Assembly (NCBI GenBank): GCA_030141605.1
Contig: JAQGDQ010000007.1
Span: 310,001-374,000 of the forward strand
Reading direction: 5' to 3'
From: Tubiluchus corallicola
Taxonomy: Eukaryota > Animalia > Priapulida
DNA: 64,000 nucleotides
Part shown: positions 44,852-57,343 of the stretch, piece by piece
Numbering within the stretch: the stretch's first letter is position 1
Layout: each line of letters starts with the position of its first letter
Translations under genes and position numbers: made by a program
Notes under the pieces: generated by a model
Database searches by the model: none
The model's input: only the letters and a program-made list of their open reading frames with translations
What the model was told of the DNA's origin: nothing

Positions 44852-47800
44852 ATGCCTCCCAAAAAGAAGGTTGAACCGGAAAAGCTGCCGCCCATTATTG
44901 GACGGATGGGCACCAACTTGAAGTGTGGAATTGTAGGATTGCCAAATGTTGGGTGAGTTATTATCATACACAAGATGCTTAGCTTTGATTCAAATCATCC
45001 TTATTTATGTCATATACAATGTCTTAAGTCCTCGCTTAACGACTCCCCATTTTGCAACTTTTGTTTTAATGACGCTAAACATTTGAAACCTTTTTCTCAC
45101 TTAACAACGCATGTTTTATATTAAACTTCGACAATTTATTTTGTGAACAACTGTGAATATGTATAGTATACGTATATGGCTACATATGCAAGCATTTATA
45201 TTTACCATACGATGACAACAATTTTGTGTTAGTCTAGAAACAACTTGACCGACCTTTTTTACACTTGTACCATCTACACTTAAGGCTATCCATGGCTCCG
45301 CAGCCACAACGACTTTTTTTACATAATTTGAAACATTAAAACGGTACATATTGCATTATTCTGATGTAAAAGTGCACTAGTAACATAAAACAGTACAATT
45401 ATTATGTTTTTGCTTCATGCCTGACTGCTAAATGCTAAAGCTGTTTGTATCAAGCAAGTTTTAGTTGCGATTTATGTGTCTTCAGGCATCAGTGTAAACA
45501 TTATGCAAAGGAATTTTGTCTGCAACCTGTGGCTATAGTAACTGGTATTGAGACGAAATTGTCCCAGTGTCTCCCTAGGCTTGCCTTTTACTTAGCATTC
45601 TTTAACTGCTAATTGCCTAGTGCTTGTGCTAATGAGAGAGAAACACCTAACTAGGTATTGGTAAGAAACATCGGTGGTTTCAAGCAAGCAGAAAGAAATT
45701 AATCAGTGGAAATATGAATAAAACTCATAAAATGTTAGTTTATATGAATTAAGTAGCATTTATTTTTGCTCTGTACCTTATCTCTATTCTTTTACATTTC
45801 TTTCTATGGAAATTTTGGTTTTGTTTACGACCTTACGATCAAAGTCGCATTTTGCTGGAATGCATTAGTGTTGTTAAGCTAGGACTTTTGTACTTGCAGT
45901 TTAGCAAACTTGGTTATGTTGATAAATACAGGAGCAATAAAAAATGAACACATTTTATTATGTGTGGATCAGTAAGCCTTGCCAGCATATTACTGAGTTT
46001 AAATTTTATACACCTTTTTATTATTATTAGTGAATATGTAAAATATGCAACAATTTTTGATAATTAAAATGGCAAAGTGATTAGTTGGTGAACATTTCTG
46101 TTTAGCAAATCAACGTTTTTCAACGTTTTGACAAAAAGTCAGGCAGCTGCAGAGAATTTTCCTTTCTGTACAATTGATCCAAACGAAAGTCGTGTTCCGG
46201 TACCGGACACCCGATGGGAATACTTATGCAACTATTACAAGCCTGCCAGGTAAGTAGGTACAACTGTAAATGGTAAGCAGTTGCCTCTTGATTGATTGTT
46301 TTCCTTCTTACTTAGCTGATTGATTGGCTGACTGGCTCATTTAAATCAACTGATGGACTGACTTACTGACTGACTGCCTTCTTGTTTGTTGAATCGACAG
46401 TGCAAATGCTTGTAAAATAACCAACTAGTCATGATTTGTTATAAGTTTATTTATCATTACAACCAAAAGGTAGAATCACAATATAGTATAAAATTACAAA
46501 ATATAAAAATTTATAAGGATACGCAACATAGAACATACAGTGACAAGCACTACTACATAATATATATGAACTAAATCAAATAAGTTTAAACTTGTTTGAA
46601 AATTAAATAAATCATGTGAGATAAAACTATTCTTGAATATCTGTGCTCTGCATTTAGGTGAGGGTATTTCAGATAGTGGAGAGTAGTACGGTAGAATTCG
46701 CTTAATAAATCCAGCTGTTTATTGTAGCCACTACGGCTGGAATAGAATTGTATAATGGTATAACTTAGTAAAATTTGTGGTTTATTAAATCCAAACTTTG
46801 CCTTATAAACCTGCCTTGCATGGTGCAAAGACAACAAAATTGTGACACAGACCACATGATTGTTCCAGGTTCTAACTTGAGCTAGATCGGAGTCTTTGTT
46901 CTGAGTACATTTTACGTCTTTGCATTTTTTTCTATTTAATTCTTTGTCTTTAGTAGTCTAACTTACATGTTACGATGTAAAAGTGTCAGTCAAGTACAAA
47001 GCGAGTGATCTAATTAGGTTAAACTAAAATGCTCATTTACATGTATTGCATTTTTTAAACAGGTAGGCAACTTATCACACACTAACGGTAAAGACATTCG
47101 TAGACAAACAATACATAGTTTACGGGAATTACTTTAATTATACAAATGCTAATAAATTAGTGCACTTGAACCATAAGCAGTTTCCCATCGCTAAGAGTAT
47201 TGACTTCATAAATACACAGTAAATACAGTAATAAGACAAAAAATTTTACTTAGCTTTGCATCAAGGTGGATTCATTAAGCGAAGTATATTGTATATCTGT
47301 TTACACAGTGTGGCTTGTACTGCTTGCATTGCAGGCATTCACTTCATTGCACAGTGTTACCCGATATGGACATTAGGTCCATAAGACTGATGAAAGTGTA
47401 AGTGACTCTTCATAGCCGCCTGCTTTTCTAGCAACTATTCTGCTGAAACTGCAAGTATCATTTCTAAAATTTTTTAGAGTGACCCTTTGCCACCAAATTC
47501 AGAACTTTCTGGGGAAAAGTAGCATGTAATTAATGAAAATAATCTGCTGCTAGTTGTAAGCTAACTGACTGACTATATGTACGAGAAAGTAAATTGATTA
47601 GTTGCCTATATATTCATATAATTAGTTATATATATAGGCAACTAATCAATTTACTTTTTCGTATTTTATATAGTATAATTAATGTACAATTTTCCGTGTC
47701 ATTTTGCAGCAAAGTGCCGGCATTTCTGAACGTGGTCGACATCGCTGGTTTAGTGAAAGGTGCAAATGAAGGCCAGGGATTGGGAAATGCTTTCTTATCT

Positions 47801-50800
47801 CATATCAGTGCCTGCGATGCTATATTTCATATGACACGTAATAGCTGATTTTATAACTAGCATTTGTGTTTGTTTTATTTAGAAACAAACGCCTGTGATA
47901 ATCTGATCTGATAGTAATTTGTTATTTAAAAAAACAATTTTAGTATGACCTAATTTTTACATTCACGACTTTGCCTTACATAATGTTTGAAATATCAATG
48001 CTTTTTATAGCATTGATACTTAATAAGTGATTTTTTAATAAAAGTCGTTTCTTTCAATAATACTATAAATACCTGTATAGATTGACTCATAACTATGAAA
48101 TTTGATGTCGAAATTTAATTTTATTATGATGAATGGTTGATTTTTATTCTTCGAAGATATTTTACCTGATTTTAACGATTTAATTGAATGTTTTTTCCAC
48201 ACACTTTTTTAACTTTATGTGAGAAGTTTGAATTTCTGTAAAAATAGGCGGGAGAGCAAAACTTAGGCGACTGAATGCCCTGAATTCAATTACTTTTGCA
48301 AATACAGAATTGAGTTTAATTTTATCAATTTTCTAAATGTGTGTACTTTTACTTGTATATCGAAAACAAGAACAAGTAACTAAAATATTCGTACAATTAT
48401 TGATAATTATTACATTTTTACAATGACAATGAAACAAAGAGTAATTAGTACATGTTTAGTAACAAAGGTTTACTGGTCTATTATAAGAGGTCTTTTAGTA
48501 AAGAAAAAAGAAATTACAACATGACTACATTAAATGTATACGTTAAGTCTAATACAAAAAGACTAGACATACATATTTTACTGTACCCATCGTCATCCTG
48601 GATAATGAGCAAAATAGCAACATAGTGATTATCAGTGTTGTGACTCCTGGCTAACTAGGCCTTTGACGCAGAAAAATTACTATATATATATATATATATA
48701 TATATAAAACTATGAAAAAAGCCTAATTCAGTTAATTACATGGCCAATTGGGCATGATGCCAGCTATGCTGTAGACTTGAGTAACAGTTACATAGGTAAT
48801 TGAGTGTGATGCAAATTTAACGCTATGTTTACAGTCAAGAACCAGTGTGCAAGGGCAGATCCATGCAAACAAGGTAAAAAGCACTTTAACTCGAGTTATG
48901 CCATACTGGCGTAGTTCTCGACATTTGAATTCACTGATTACGGAAGTATTGCTGTCTTATATGTGCATTCTGCAGTGATTCCAAAACAGCTGTTGCTAAA
49001 ATGAAAATGCAATAGGTTTTTGTGTTGCACAAGCGCGCAGTTGCACTTTCTTAATCGTCTTGATTTTTTGACAGGAGCATTCGAAGACGACGATGTCACT
49101 CATGTAGAAGGTGACGTAAATCCTGTCAGGGATTTGTCAATTATTTTAGAAGAACTGAGATTAAAGGATGAAGAGTATATACTAAAACATTACGAGCATT
49201 TAGAGAGGGTGGTCGTACGGGGAGGAGAAAAGTCAAAGAAAGCAGAATATGTAAGATGTGAATATAAGTATGAATTTGAATTTGAAAATCCAAATATAAG
49301 TTTTCTTTGAAAAAATTCACTGTGATGATTTGTTTATTTACTGTTGTTAACAAAGACTACTGCTGCTGCTAAGTTTTGTGCCGACAAGAATAAATTAGCA
49401 AATTATTTGTTTTTCATGCGCTGTTAGTAAGCCCAGTTTAGTCACCATTTGATTTGTCTTTACCAAGTAGAACCCGATAATGGCAATTTTTTAAAGTTAA
49501 ATGGCAAAAGTTAAATGAATAATGCTGTATATATACAATTTAGTTTTTCGATTTTTTATAGGATGTTATGTGCAAGGTTAAGAAAATAGTTGTTGATGAG
49601 CGAAAACACGTTCGATTCTCGGACTGGGCTGCCACCGATATTGACTTTCTCAACAAACATTTGTTTCTCACGGCAAAACCTATGATCTATCTAGTCAATT
49701 TATCTGAAAAAGACTACATACGAAAGAAAAATAAATGGTGAGGACAGTGCATTCTGTTTTTTATTACAATTTTAGCACCAAATTTATAGTATCATATGAA
49801 AGTCATTTTCATCTTCATGATTTAGGAGTTTGTTTCATTGGAAAATTTCTCCCAAATTGTAATTTGCCTATTTATTGCTAATGGACAAATAATGGATAAC
49901 ATTTGCAGTTTTTACTCTGACTATAGTTTACAGAACTTACTAGTATTGTCAGACTTTGTATTGTGCAACCATAGCTGCTTTGAAGCAGATCATGCATTAA
50001 TCATGTTCAGCAGATGATGATCACATAGTTCAGATGATCTGAATGATTAAAAATTTCGCCCCTATCTGATGCTGAGCATATGGGACAGTGGAGATTGGCA
50101 CATTGCCAATTCCAGTCAGTATCTGACTGCTGAAAAAAGTTCACTTGGGTGGTTTCTTACATGCCATAAAATGCTGCTTGGTTTTATGAAACTTTTCATG
50201 TATTACTTTGACTGAAAATTTTCAAAGATACGCATGAATTATGCATGCTTTGTTTGCATAGTTTTTCAAAACCTTTTGCCGTTTTGTAGCTTCAAGGTGC
50301 AATACTGATCCAGGTGTGTTGCATTACTGCAGGCAGTTGAGTATATGATGCATATAACTTGTTAACCATCTGTTTTAGGTTGTTAAAAATTAAGGAATGG
50401 GTGGATCAGAATGACTCGGGCGCCACAATTATTCCGTTTAGTGGAAGTTTAGAATCTAAGCTTATTGATATGGATCCAGAAGAGCGAAAGAAGTACTTAG
50501 AAGACAACAAAACTACAAGGTTACTGCAAATTCATTTAAATTGTTCTAAAAAACAAAAAAAAATTAGACGTGGTCACTCTGGCAGCAAGGTATTGGCTGC
50601 TGTATTGTACAATTTTTGATGCTTTACGAGCAAAGCTAAATACAAATTACAGTCAGCACATGATGATCTCATAGTTCAGAGGATCTGTACATTGTACTGG
50701 GTGATTAAAAATTTTTGCCCCTATCTGATGCTGAGTGTATAAATTGTAGTGTGTATACACTGTTACCTAGCCCATTTAAACTAAAGGGTTGTTTTTAGAC

Positions 50801-53800
50801 ATATATTTCAAAATATAAAATCTGTCTTGCTAAGAAAATTTAAGTCAAATTCAAGTGGCAGAACAAATGGCAGGAAATTGTCATTTAGATTTGTGCTGCA
50901 GAATTGTAGAAGACATCCAAAGAGAACATCAGAACCACTTGTCTATAACATTAGTAGTAGTATTTTAGTGACAGTAATAACGTTATAGTCCATCAACAAC
51001 ATTACAAAAATTGGCATGGAGTTAAAAAAAATAAATGTTAACAACAAATAACAACACAGCGAGTTAATTTTCAAAACTGCTGACAATAATTTACTACAAA
51101 GTTCAGGTTCTAAATGAAATATAGCTCTTGCATTATGTTTAAATACACACCATACATTTCTCTAATTGGCTCAGACAATCTACAGTGTACAATAACATGC
51201 GACTCGTCTTGAACAGAGACATTATCACATCTGCATATCCTGTTGTCACGAGGAATGGGTGGCCTACCCCATCTTCCAGTCTCAATCCTCATGTGATGAG
51301 ACGACAGCATAAACCTACTAAAAACTTATTCGTAGAGAGTCGGGATATCAGACAAATAAATTGCATGTTGTTTTAATGCCTGGTTGAGGGCTACATTGCA
51401 AAAATACCCACTTTTGTTTACACTTTTAGCCCAAATATTATCTAAAATGGCAGGGTTGTAATCATAATACTTACAAATGGAATTAAATGCATGAGAGTGA
51501 CGACGTGAATTAATTACCAAGCAAACGTTGGAGGTTCATTAAACTTAAGATCACTAAGCTTCATATCCAAAAACTGTTTACATTATTACAAAATTAAGTC
51601 TCTGACATTAGCCATGTCTGCTTCTACGAGACAGATCATTGAGGGTAGAAAATTTTACTCATAGCAATGTCTAGACCACTTTATTTCAAGACCTTTAAAA
51701 TTGCATGTTAACCACGATTCTGAAACATGGGTAATTGCACTAAAAATACAAGCTTCAGCAACTTTACGCTTAAAACAAAAAGGCATATTATAGTTACAAT
51801 TTACAAAAGTCATGTACTTCAACATACGCTTCGTTTTGTCTTTAATATGAGCTCTCTAACATAATCTTACCGTCATCAGTAATAGGAGATCCAAGATACC
51901 AGTATACCTTAGTATACTTCACACACAAATCATCAGTGACAATATTCCCTTTATCTGCCGGGATACAATTAGTAGCCATGAATTGAGTTTTAATTTTTTG
52001 ACTGCCATAGTCATTACAAAAGTTTAACAAAATCTTAAATTTTTCAACACAAGCTTCCTTACTTGTAACAATTAAAACCATATCTTCCATTAGTAACAGA
52101 CTATGACAATTATAAAGAAAATTATCTGAACCATACCTGCGAATCATATGGTCAATGTAAAACACAAATAACAAACACCTCGTAGGAACACCTTGCTTAT
52201 TGTCCATTGAAGCATTTATAATAGCAGTTTTAAACACAAGACGCGTACAGCTATACACCTATACAGCTATAAAAAGCTTTGATCGCGGCACCGTCACATG
52301 CCTGACGGAAATCTACAAATTATGTCCGCAACTTGACATGATTTTCTTTAGCATATTCAATTATCAGACATAACGACACGATTTGTTCAATACACCTGTG
52401 ATCTGGTTGCCCCTGACCTGTTCTTGCTCAGGCTTGTACCACATACAGAAACGTTTGGTCAAAATTCATTAAAAAATTTTACTCAGGCTACTGAGCTGCT
52501 ACTCATTATCATTATCCCCCTGTAACTGGCACACAGTTTACGTGATCCCTTTTTAAAAAGAACTACCAACTTAGATAAACACCACTGATTGGGATTTTTA
52601 GCCATCGTCAAAATAACATTAAACAGATTAACAACAAAAACACACATATGGCAGGAAGCATACAAAACACACCCGATGGGTTACAGTCGCACCCTGGCAC
52701 TTTATTTGGCATAATTTCGTGCAATGATTCTACAAATTCATGATCATAAATATCGTCATCTAACACAGATACAAATGGTGAATTTAGCACTTCAAAATTC
52801 TCAAGAGGTTCAGTGAGAGGATTTAGCAACCTTTCAAAGTGAATATGAAATGCCTCATCAGAAGGTTGCTACATATTACAACTCTGGCAGGATTATAATT
52901 GAGTTTGATTATATTGAGAGACATCAGCAAATTAGCCTTTATGGAGTATTTTGCTTTAAAAAAAGATTTTTTGATTTTACCTATAGCTCATTAGAGAAGA
53001 TCATTACTCAAGGTTACAAGGCACTTCAACTGCTGTATTTCTTTACTGTGGGGCCAGATGAAGTAAAAGCTTGGACCATCATGGTAAATATTTCATGCTT
53101 TTTCTTATTTAGCATAATTTTTTTGCCTAAGGTTGTCATTATTGTGCAATGCCAAATCTTTGTAATAAGAATATTGATGCCCAGGTGTCTCACATTTTTG
53201 CTAACCAGTTATATTAATTAAGAACAATGTGTAACAAAAGCAGAAGTGTTGTGAGTGAGAAACAATTTGTGGCTTGGCCGTGGTAACTCTTCTATGCTGG
53301 ACCTACTGGATTTTTTAATTAATAGTTTTACTTCATAGTAAGGAAGTAGGCTGCCTGGAGTACGCAAACATTTTGTGAAACAAAAGTCATTATAATCCTG
53401 TTAAGTGTCAGTATCGTCTAAAAATAAATCACGGCGTGCATAACCCTGGTAGCAAATGGCTAGTGTACTTCTGTGCAGTATGTAAGAGTTAAGAAGGTAA
53501 ATACAAAGCAAGTTTGTTGCAAAATGTTGTTTTGTTTAGATCACTGTGTTTGTGTAATGTGCTGCAGTATTCCATTGATCCAGTCATATTAACTTGCACA
53601 TTTTAGAAAGGAAGTGTTCTTTTAAAAGTACGTACATGTCATTCGTTTATGAAGCCGATTATTTACTTGATAGAGAAACACCAAGGCTCCTCATGCTGCC
53701 GGACGAATACACACAGATTTTGAAAAGGGATTTATAATGGCTGAAGTTATGAAATTTGTTGATTTTAAAGAGGAAGGCACAGAGTCAGCTGTTAAGGTAT

Positions 53801-55250
53801 AGCTTTGTTTTTCAATTATTTTTTTCCTGTTAACTAGCTTGACAGGAAGCTTCCCTAATTTCTAGGTTAGGTGATTACCGACAGAAAACTAGTACATATA
53901 AGCAAGACTGTAGTGACACGTAGGGCTACTTTTCCTGTGTAGTTAATGTTATTTTACCAGCAGCATTTTTATTATGTTTCAAAATGTGTTTTAATGAGAT
54001 TTTGCACAGTTCCAGCAATTGATGATGATTGTGAAATGGTTAAAGGTTAAGTGAACCAGACAATGCATTTGTGTACACTTGGCAATGCCTCACTTCTCAT
54101 ACTACTGTAGTAATTGTTTTAGCAGTTAGCTAAAGCCTTACCTGGTTCATTTTTTCTTGTTCCCAAGCAAGATCTTGCTAGTAGATCACTCTACACACAG
54201 ACTAATGTATAATTAATGCCTAACTTCCCATACTACTGTAGTAATAGTTTTAGCAGCTAGCTAGAGCCTTACCTGGTTCATTTTTTCTTGTTCCCAAGCA
54301 AGATCTTGCTAGTAAATCACTCTACACACAGACTAATGTATAATTAAGTAAAGATTACATAAAACAACTGAAATTACTGTACTGATGAAGCAGATGGCTT
54401 TGCTTTGCCCACGTCACATGACGGCTGTAGTTAAGACGCGTTGCTGTGGTTCGCTCTACCTTTGACCTGCAGCAACTGCGCATGTACATAGTGAAACTGT
54501 GAAAAGGCTTATTGCTAGCAAATCTCTCAGTGGTGTTTACAGTTGCTGACCCAACGCTTAACATTATCAGGTTAAACCAGTTTTAGTAAGGGCAACTAAA
54601 TTGCTAAATTTATTTCTGGATTGCAACAGTGAGGTTGTAAACACTTTCTTTGGTACCGTACTTACTTGTTTCAGAGCCCAGGTGCTTAATAATTACAAAC
54701 TAATTACCAGGCCCTTATTCAAACAATCACTTGTCCTTTCATATGGAAGTTGCTGGATGACACTAGCTAGCTACCTGTTAGTGGCAGCACAGTGTATTAC
54801 TGTAGCTGTTGATGACTTGCATATCACTTAGATAGGGTGCATATTCTACTGAAGCCAACATCACGTAAATGTTGAACAGCCCAGACGGATATTTAAACAC
54901 AGTTGCTTATTATTTTTCCATTTTGTTTTCTTAGGCACTTATTCAGATGGGCACTTAATTAACACAGGTACTAAAACAGTAATTACGGTATTTTATGCAA
55001 GTTACATGACGCCATCTTTCCTTTGTCTTTATAAACAAAAAATTAATAAAATTACTGTTTCTAAAAAATTACCGTTGGTTAATTATTTATTACAAAAGGG
55101 AAGTCATTTATGCAATTCAGTGTTGTTTTTTCTATCCAGGCTGCTGGAAAGTATCGACAGCAAGGCAGGAACTACATTGTAGAAGATGGTGACATTATCC
55201 TGTTCAAGTTTAATGCTGGCGCCGGACTAGCATCTGGCAAGAAAAAATGA
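44852..55250 (+). CDS. OLA1: Obg-like ATPase 1 (YchF family), 9 coding exons, 398 aa
   Basis: Exons 44852-44952, 46106-46249, 47710-47837, 49075-49250, 49562-49737, 50379-50519, 52987-53083, 53674-53796, 55140-55250 (1,197 nt). Motifs [46 protein letters not shown]4 variant NLSE, and TGS domain [44 protein letters not shown]. Confidence 0.97.
45017..45890. mobile_element. Degenerate Tc1/mariner-pogo-type non-autonomous element in OLA1 intron 1
   Basis: Imperfect inverted termini TACAA..AAGTCCTCGCTTAACGAC and GTTGTTAAGCTAGGACTTTTGTA, with TA ends. Confidence 0.55.
50003..50079 (+). ncRNA. C/D-box snoRNA, snR60/SNORD80(U80)-like, copy 2 (OLA1 intron 5)
   Basis: Box C 50014-50020; guide CATAGTTCA(G); D' ATGA; C' ATGATTA; guide TTTCGCCCCTAT; box D 50066-50069; 10-bp terminal stem ATGTTCAGCA/TGCTGAGCAT (one G-U pair). 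Confidence 0.9.
50653..50734 (+). ncRNA. C/D-box snoRNA, snR60/SNORD80(U80)-like, copy 3 (OLA1 intron 6), diverged
   Basis: Box C 50660-50666; guide CATAGTTCA(G); D' altered to AGGA; longer D'-C' spacer; C' GTGATTA; guide TTTTGCCCCTAT; box D 50725-50728; 6-bp stem TCAGCA/TGCTGA. Confidence 0.8.
51020..52850 (-). mobile_element. Decayed non-LTR retrotransposon (RTEX-like) in OLA1 intron 6
   Basis: Minus-strand fragments [47 protein letters not shown], and a C-terminal zinc knuckle [21 protein letters not shown]...[10 protein letters not shown]. Many frameshifts; clade assignment tentative. Confidence 0.8.
54084..54346. repeat. ~131-bp direct tandem duplication in OLA1 intron 8
   Basis: AATGCCT.ACTT..CATACTACTGTAGTAAT...CTCTACACACAGACTAATGTATAATT occurs twice in succession with few mismatches. 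Confidence 0.9.
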
Positions 55251-56902
55251 TCTTTAGTTCTAACTTTTACTAAAATTATTATCAGGTTCATTCTCGGCTC
55301 AATACTGTATCTGCTGACAACTGTACAACAGTTAGTGGTGTAACACGAGTGCAGTTTGAATGATAAATGCTAACTGACTCATCGTTTGTTTTCATAGAAT
55401 GTCAAATTAGTTTTCTCATGAAATTAGTTTTACGTAACTGCGAACCTTACCAGTAAACTAATGCTACTATTTAAGAGTTTTTAATCCTTTTTTTCAAAAG
55501 TGGGTTGTTTTATGTGGGTAATGTATATTGGGGTTGCTTACATTATTAAATTGAAAGATGGGTCTACCATCTGTGTGGCGAATACCAGAGCAAGCAATTT
55601 TTGTATATAGATGTTGAAAAGTGGTCTATGTACACAAACGATAAATATGTAACATGTGTATTTCATTGTCTGACTACGATCGATAAGATTTTGATTATCA
55701 TAACATTGTTTAATTTACTCCATTCCCAATTCTTTGTGCAAGTTGTGAAAAACTTGTTTCTAATAAAATGCTAAGTTTTTTTTACATAAATAAACTTTTC
55801 TGTTTTAAATTACTTTCACGAGATTCACTGACACTAACATAAAAATATTAAAAAAAGCATGATGTGTGCCCTGATTATTGACAACATCTCGGTTTTGTTT
55901 CCCTATCTTGTCTTTAATTAGCTGAGATAAGAAAATGATTAAAGCAGCAAACATTGTTCTCTTCTAATGTTTGACTTTACCTACCTAACTAGATTACTTT
56001 AACTGATTCTGCACGTTCTTTCTGTGGTTTAAATCTTGGGCAATTTTATTAGTACTTAACCCATCTGTAATTTGAATTTCTGAAATTTTTTGTTTGCATT
56101 TTCACGGTTTTCTGTCGTGCTACGAGTCTTGTGAACATTGTTACGTGTGGTTATTCATTTTCTTTGAAGAAACATCTGAACTGTAAACAGTAGGTACAGT
56201 CACAGCATTGTAGTCAGTTTTAGCACAATATCATTCACTCTTAAATTGTACAAAAACAATCTCCAGTAGGTACTGATTTTAAAACGAGTAGCTTAAGTAA
56301 CTGGAAATGTACGGGCTATGACCTGCTAGTTTAGATCATCCTGGCCTGTAAGGACTGCCCACCTCCTCTTCTCTTTTCCCTCCTTTCCTTGACTCCTTTA
56401 GTATAATACAGTTTCACTACAATGTTACAAGTGTTTGGTACATGTATTGCAAAAAAATAATGTCTCAGTAGCAAATACAAGATTGACAATTTTTATATTT
56501 TTTAGCCCTTGACTCTGTACTATGTGAACCAGTTCAAGTCGACTTTTCAGAGCAAAGAATAGCTATTCACCATGTGAATGCTTCACAAAATTACGTAAAA
56601 ACTTGATTTTTGAACACCTTTAATTATAAATATATGGTTGAACAAAAAGCTTGTCTAGATTATCAGTAATCAATATCAATCATTGGTTAACCAGTGCTTG
56701 TATTACAAGTAACTGCATAACAACAACACAGCATTTGAAAGATGATTTAAAAAATTTTGATTGTGTCCTGCTACATTCTTGCAAAAGTGCACAGAACTAT
56801 GTTAATCCACGGTAATGTACACAAAAAGTCGCACAGTTGTTTTATCCTGGTTTTTTTGCGCCTAACCAATTTATGAAAAGGTGTAAGTTCGGGTCTGTTA
56901 AA

Positions 56903-57242
56903 TAGGGGTGAGCGTCGAACATTCGAATTCGATTTGAACGAGTTTTTTTAGTTCGAATTCGATATGAACAATTCAGCACTTCAATAACATACGTTCTTTA
57001 TCATAGCATAATTTAGCTGTGATTTCTATGCACAACTTTAGACAAATTATTAGTGGTTTTACTGCAGAACAAAACAGAGTAATATGCATGATATTTGTAA
57101 GACTAATTTTTACTGGTGGTTCACAAACTTATTCGAAAATCGTTTAATCTGAAATCAAATTAGAAATACTGAAGTTCGGTGTGATTCAAATTCGAAAGTC
57201 ACAAATTCGAATTCGCTTTCTGGTAGAGAATGCTCACCCCTA
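56903..57242. mobile_element. Non-autonomous hAT-family MITE, copy 2
   Basis: TIRs TAGGGGTGAGCGT / ATGCTCACCCCTA; exact 8-bp TSD CTGTTAAA at 56895-56902 and 57243-57250; collinear with 1329-1735 apart from internal deletions. Confidence 0.92.
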
Positions 57243-57343
57243 CTGTTAAACCCATCCCAGCACGACCAGTTCACACAAATAAAATACTTCGAAAGCTACC
57301 ACCACATTATTACAAAGTACAAATTTACATTGCACTATAAACA

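Noticed and set aside
47380-47460. Hammerhead ribozyme core (CTGATGA...GAAA)
   Set aside because: I could not build stems I-III around the core.
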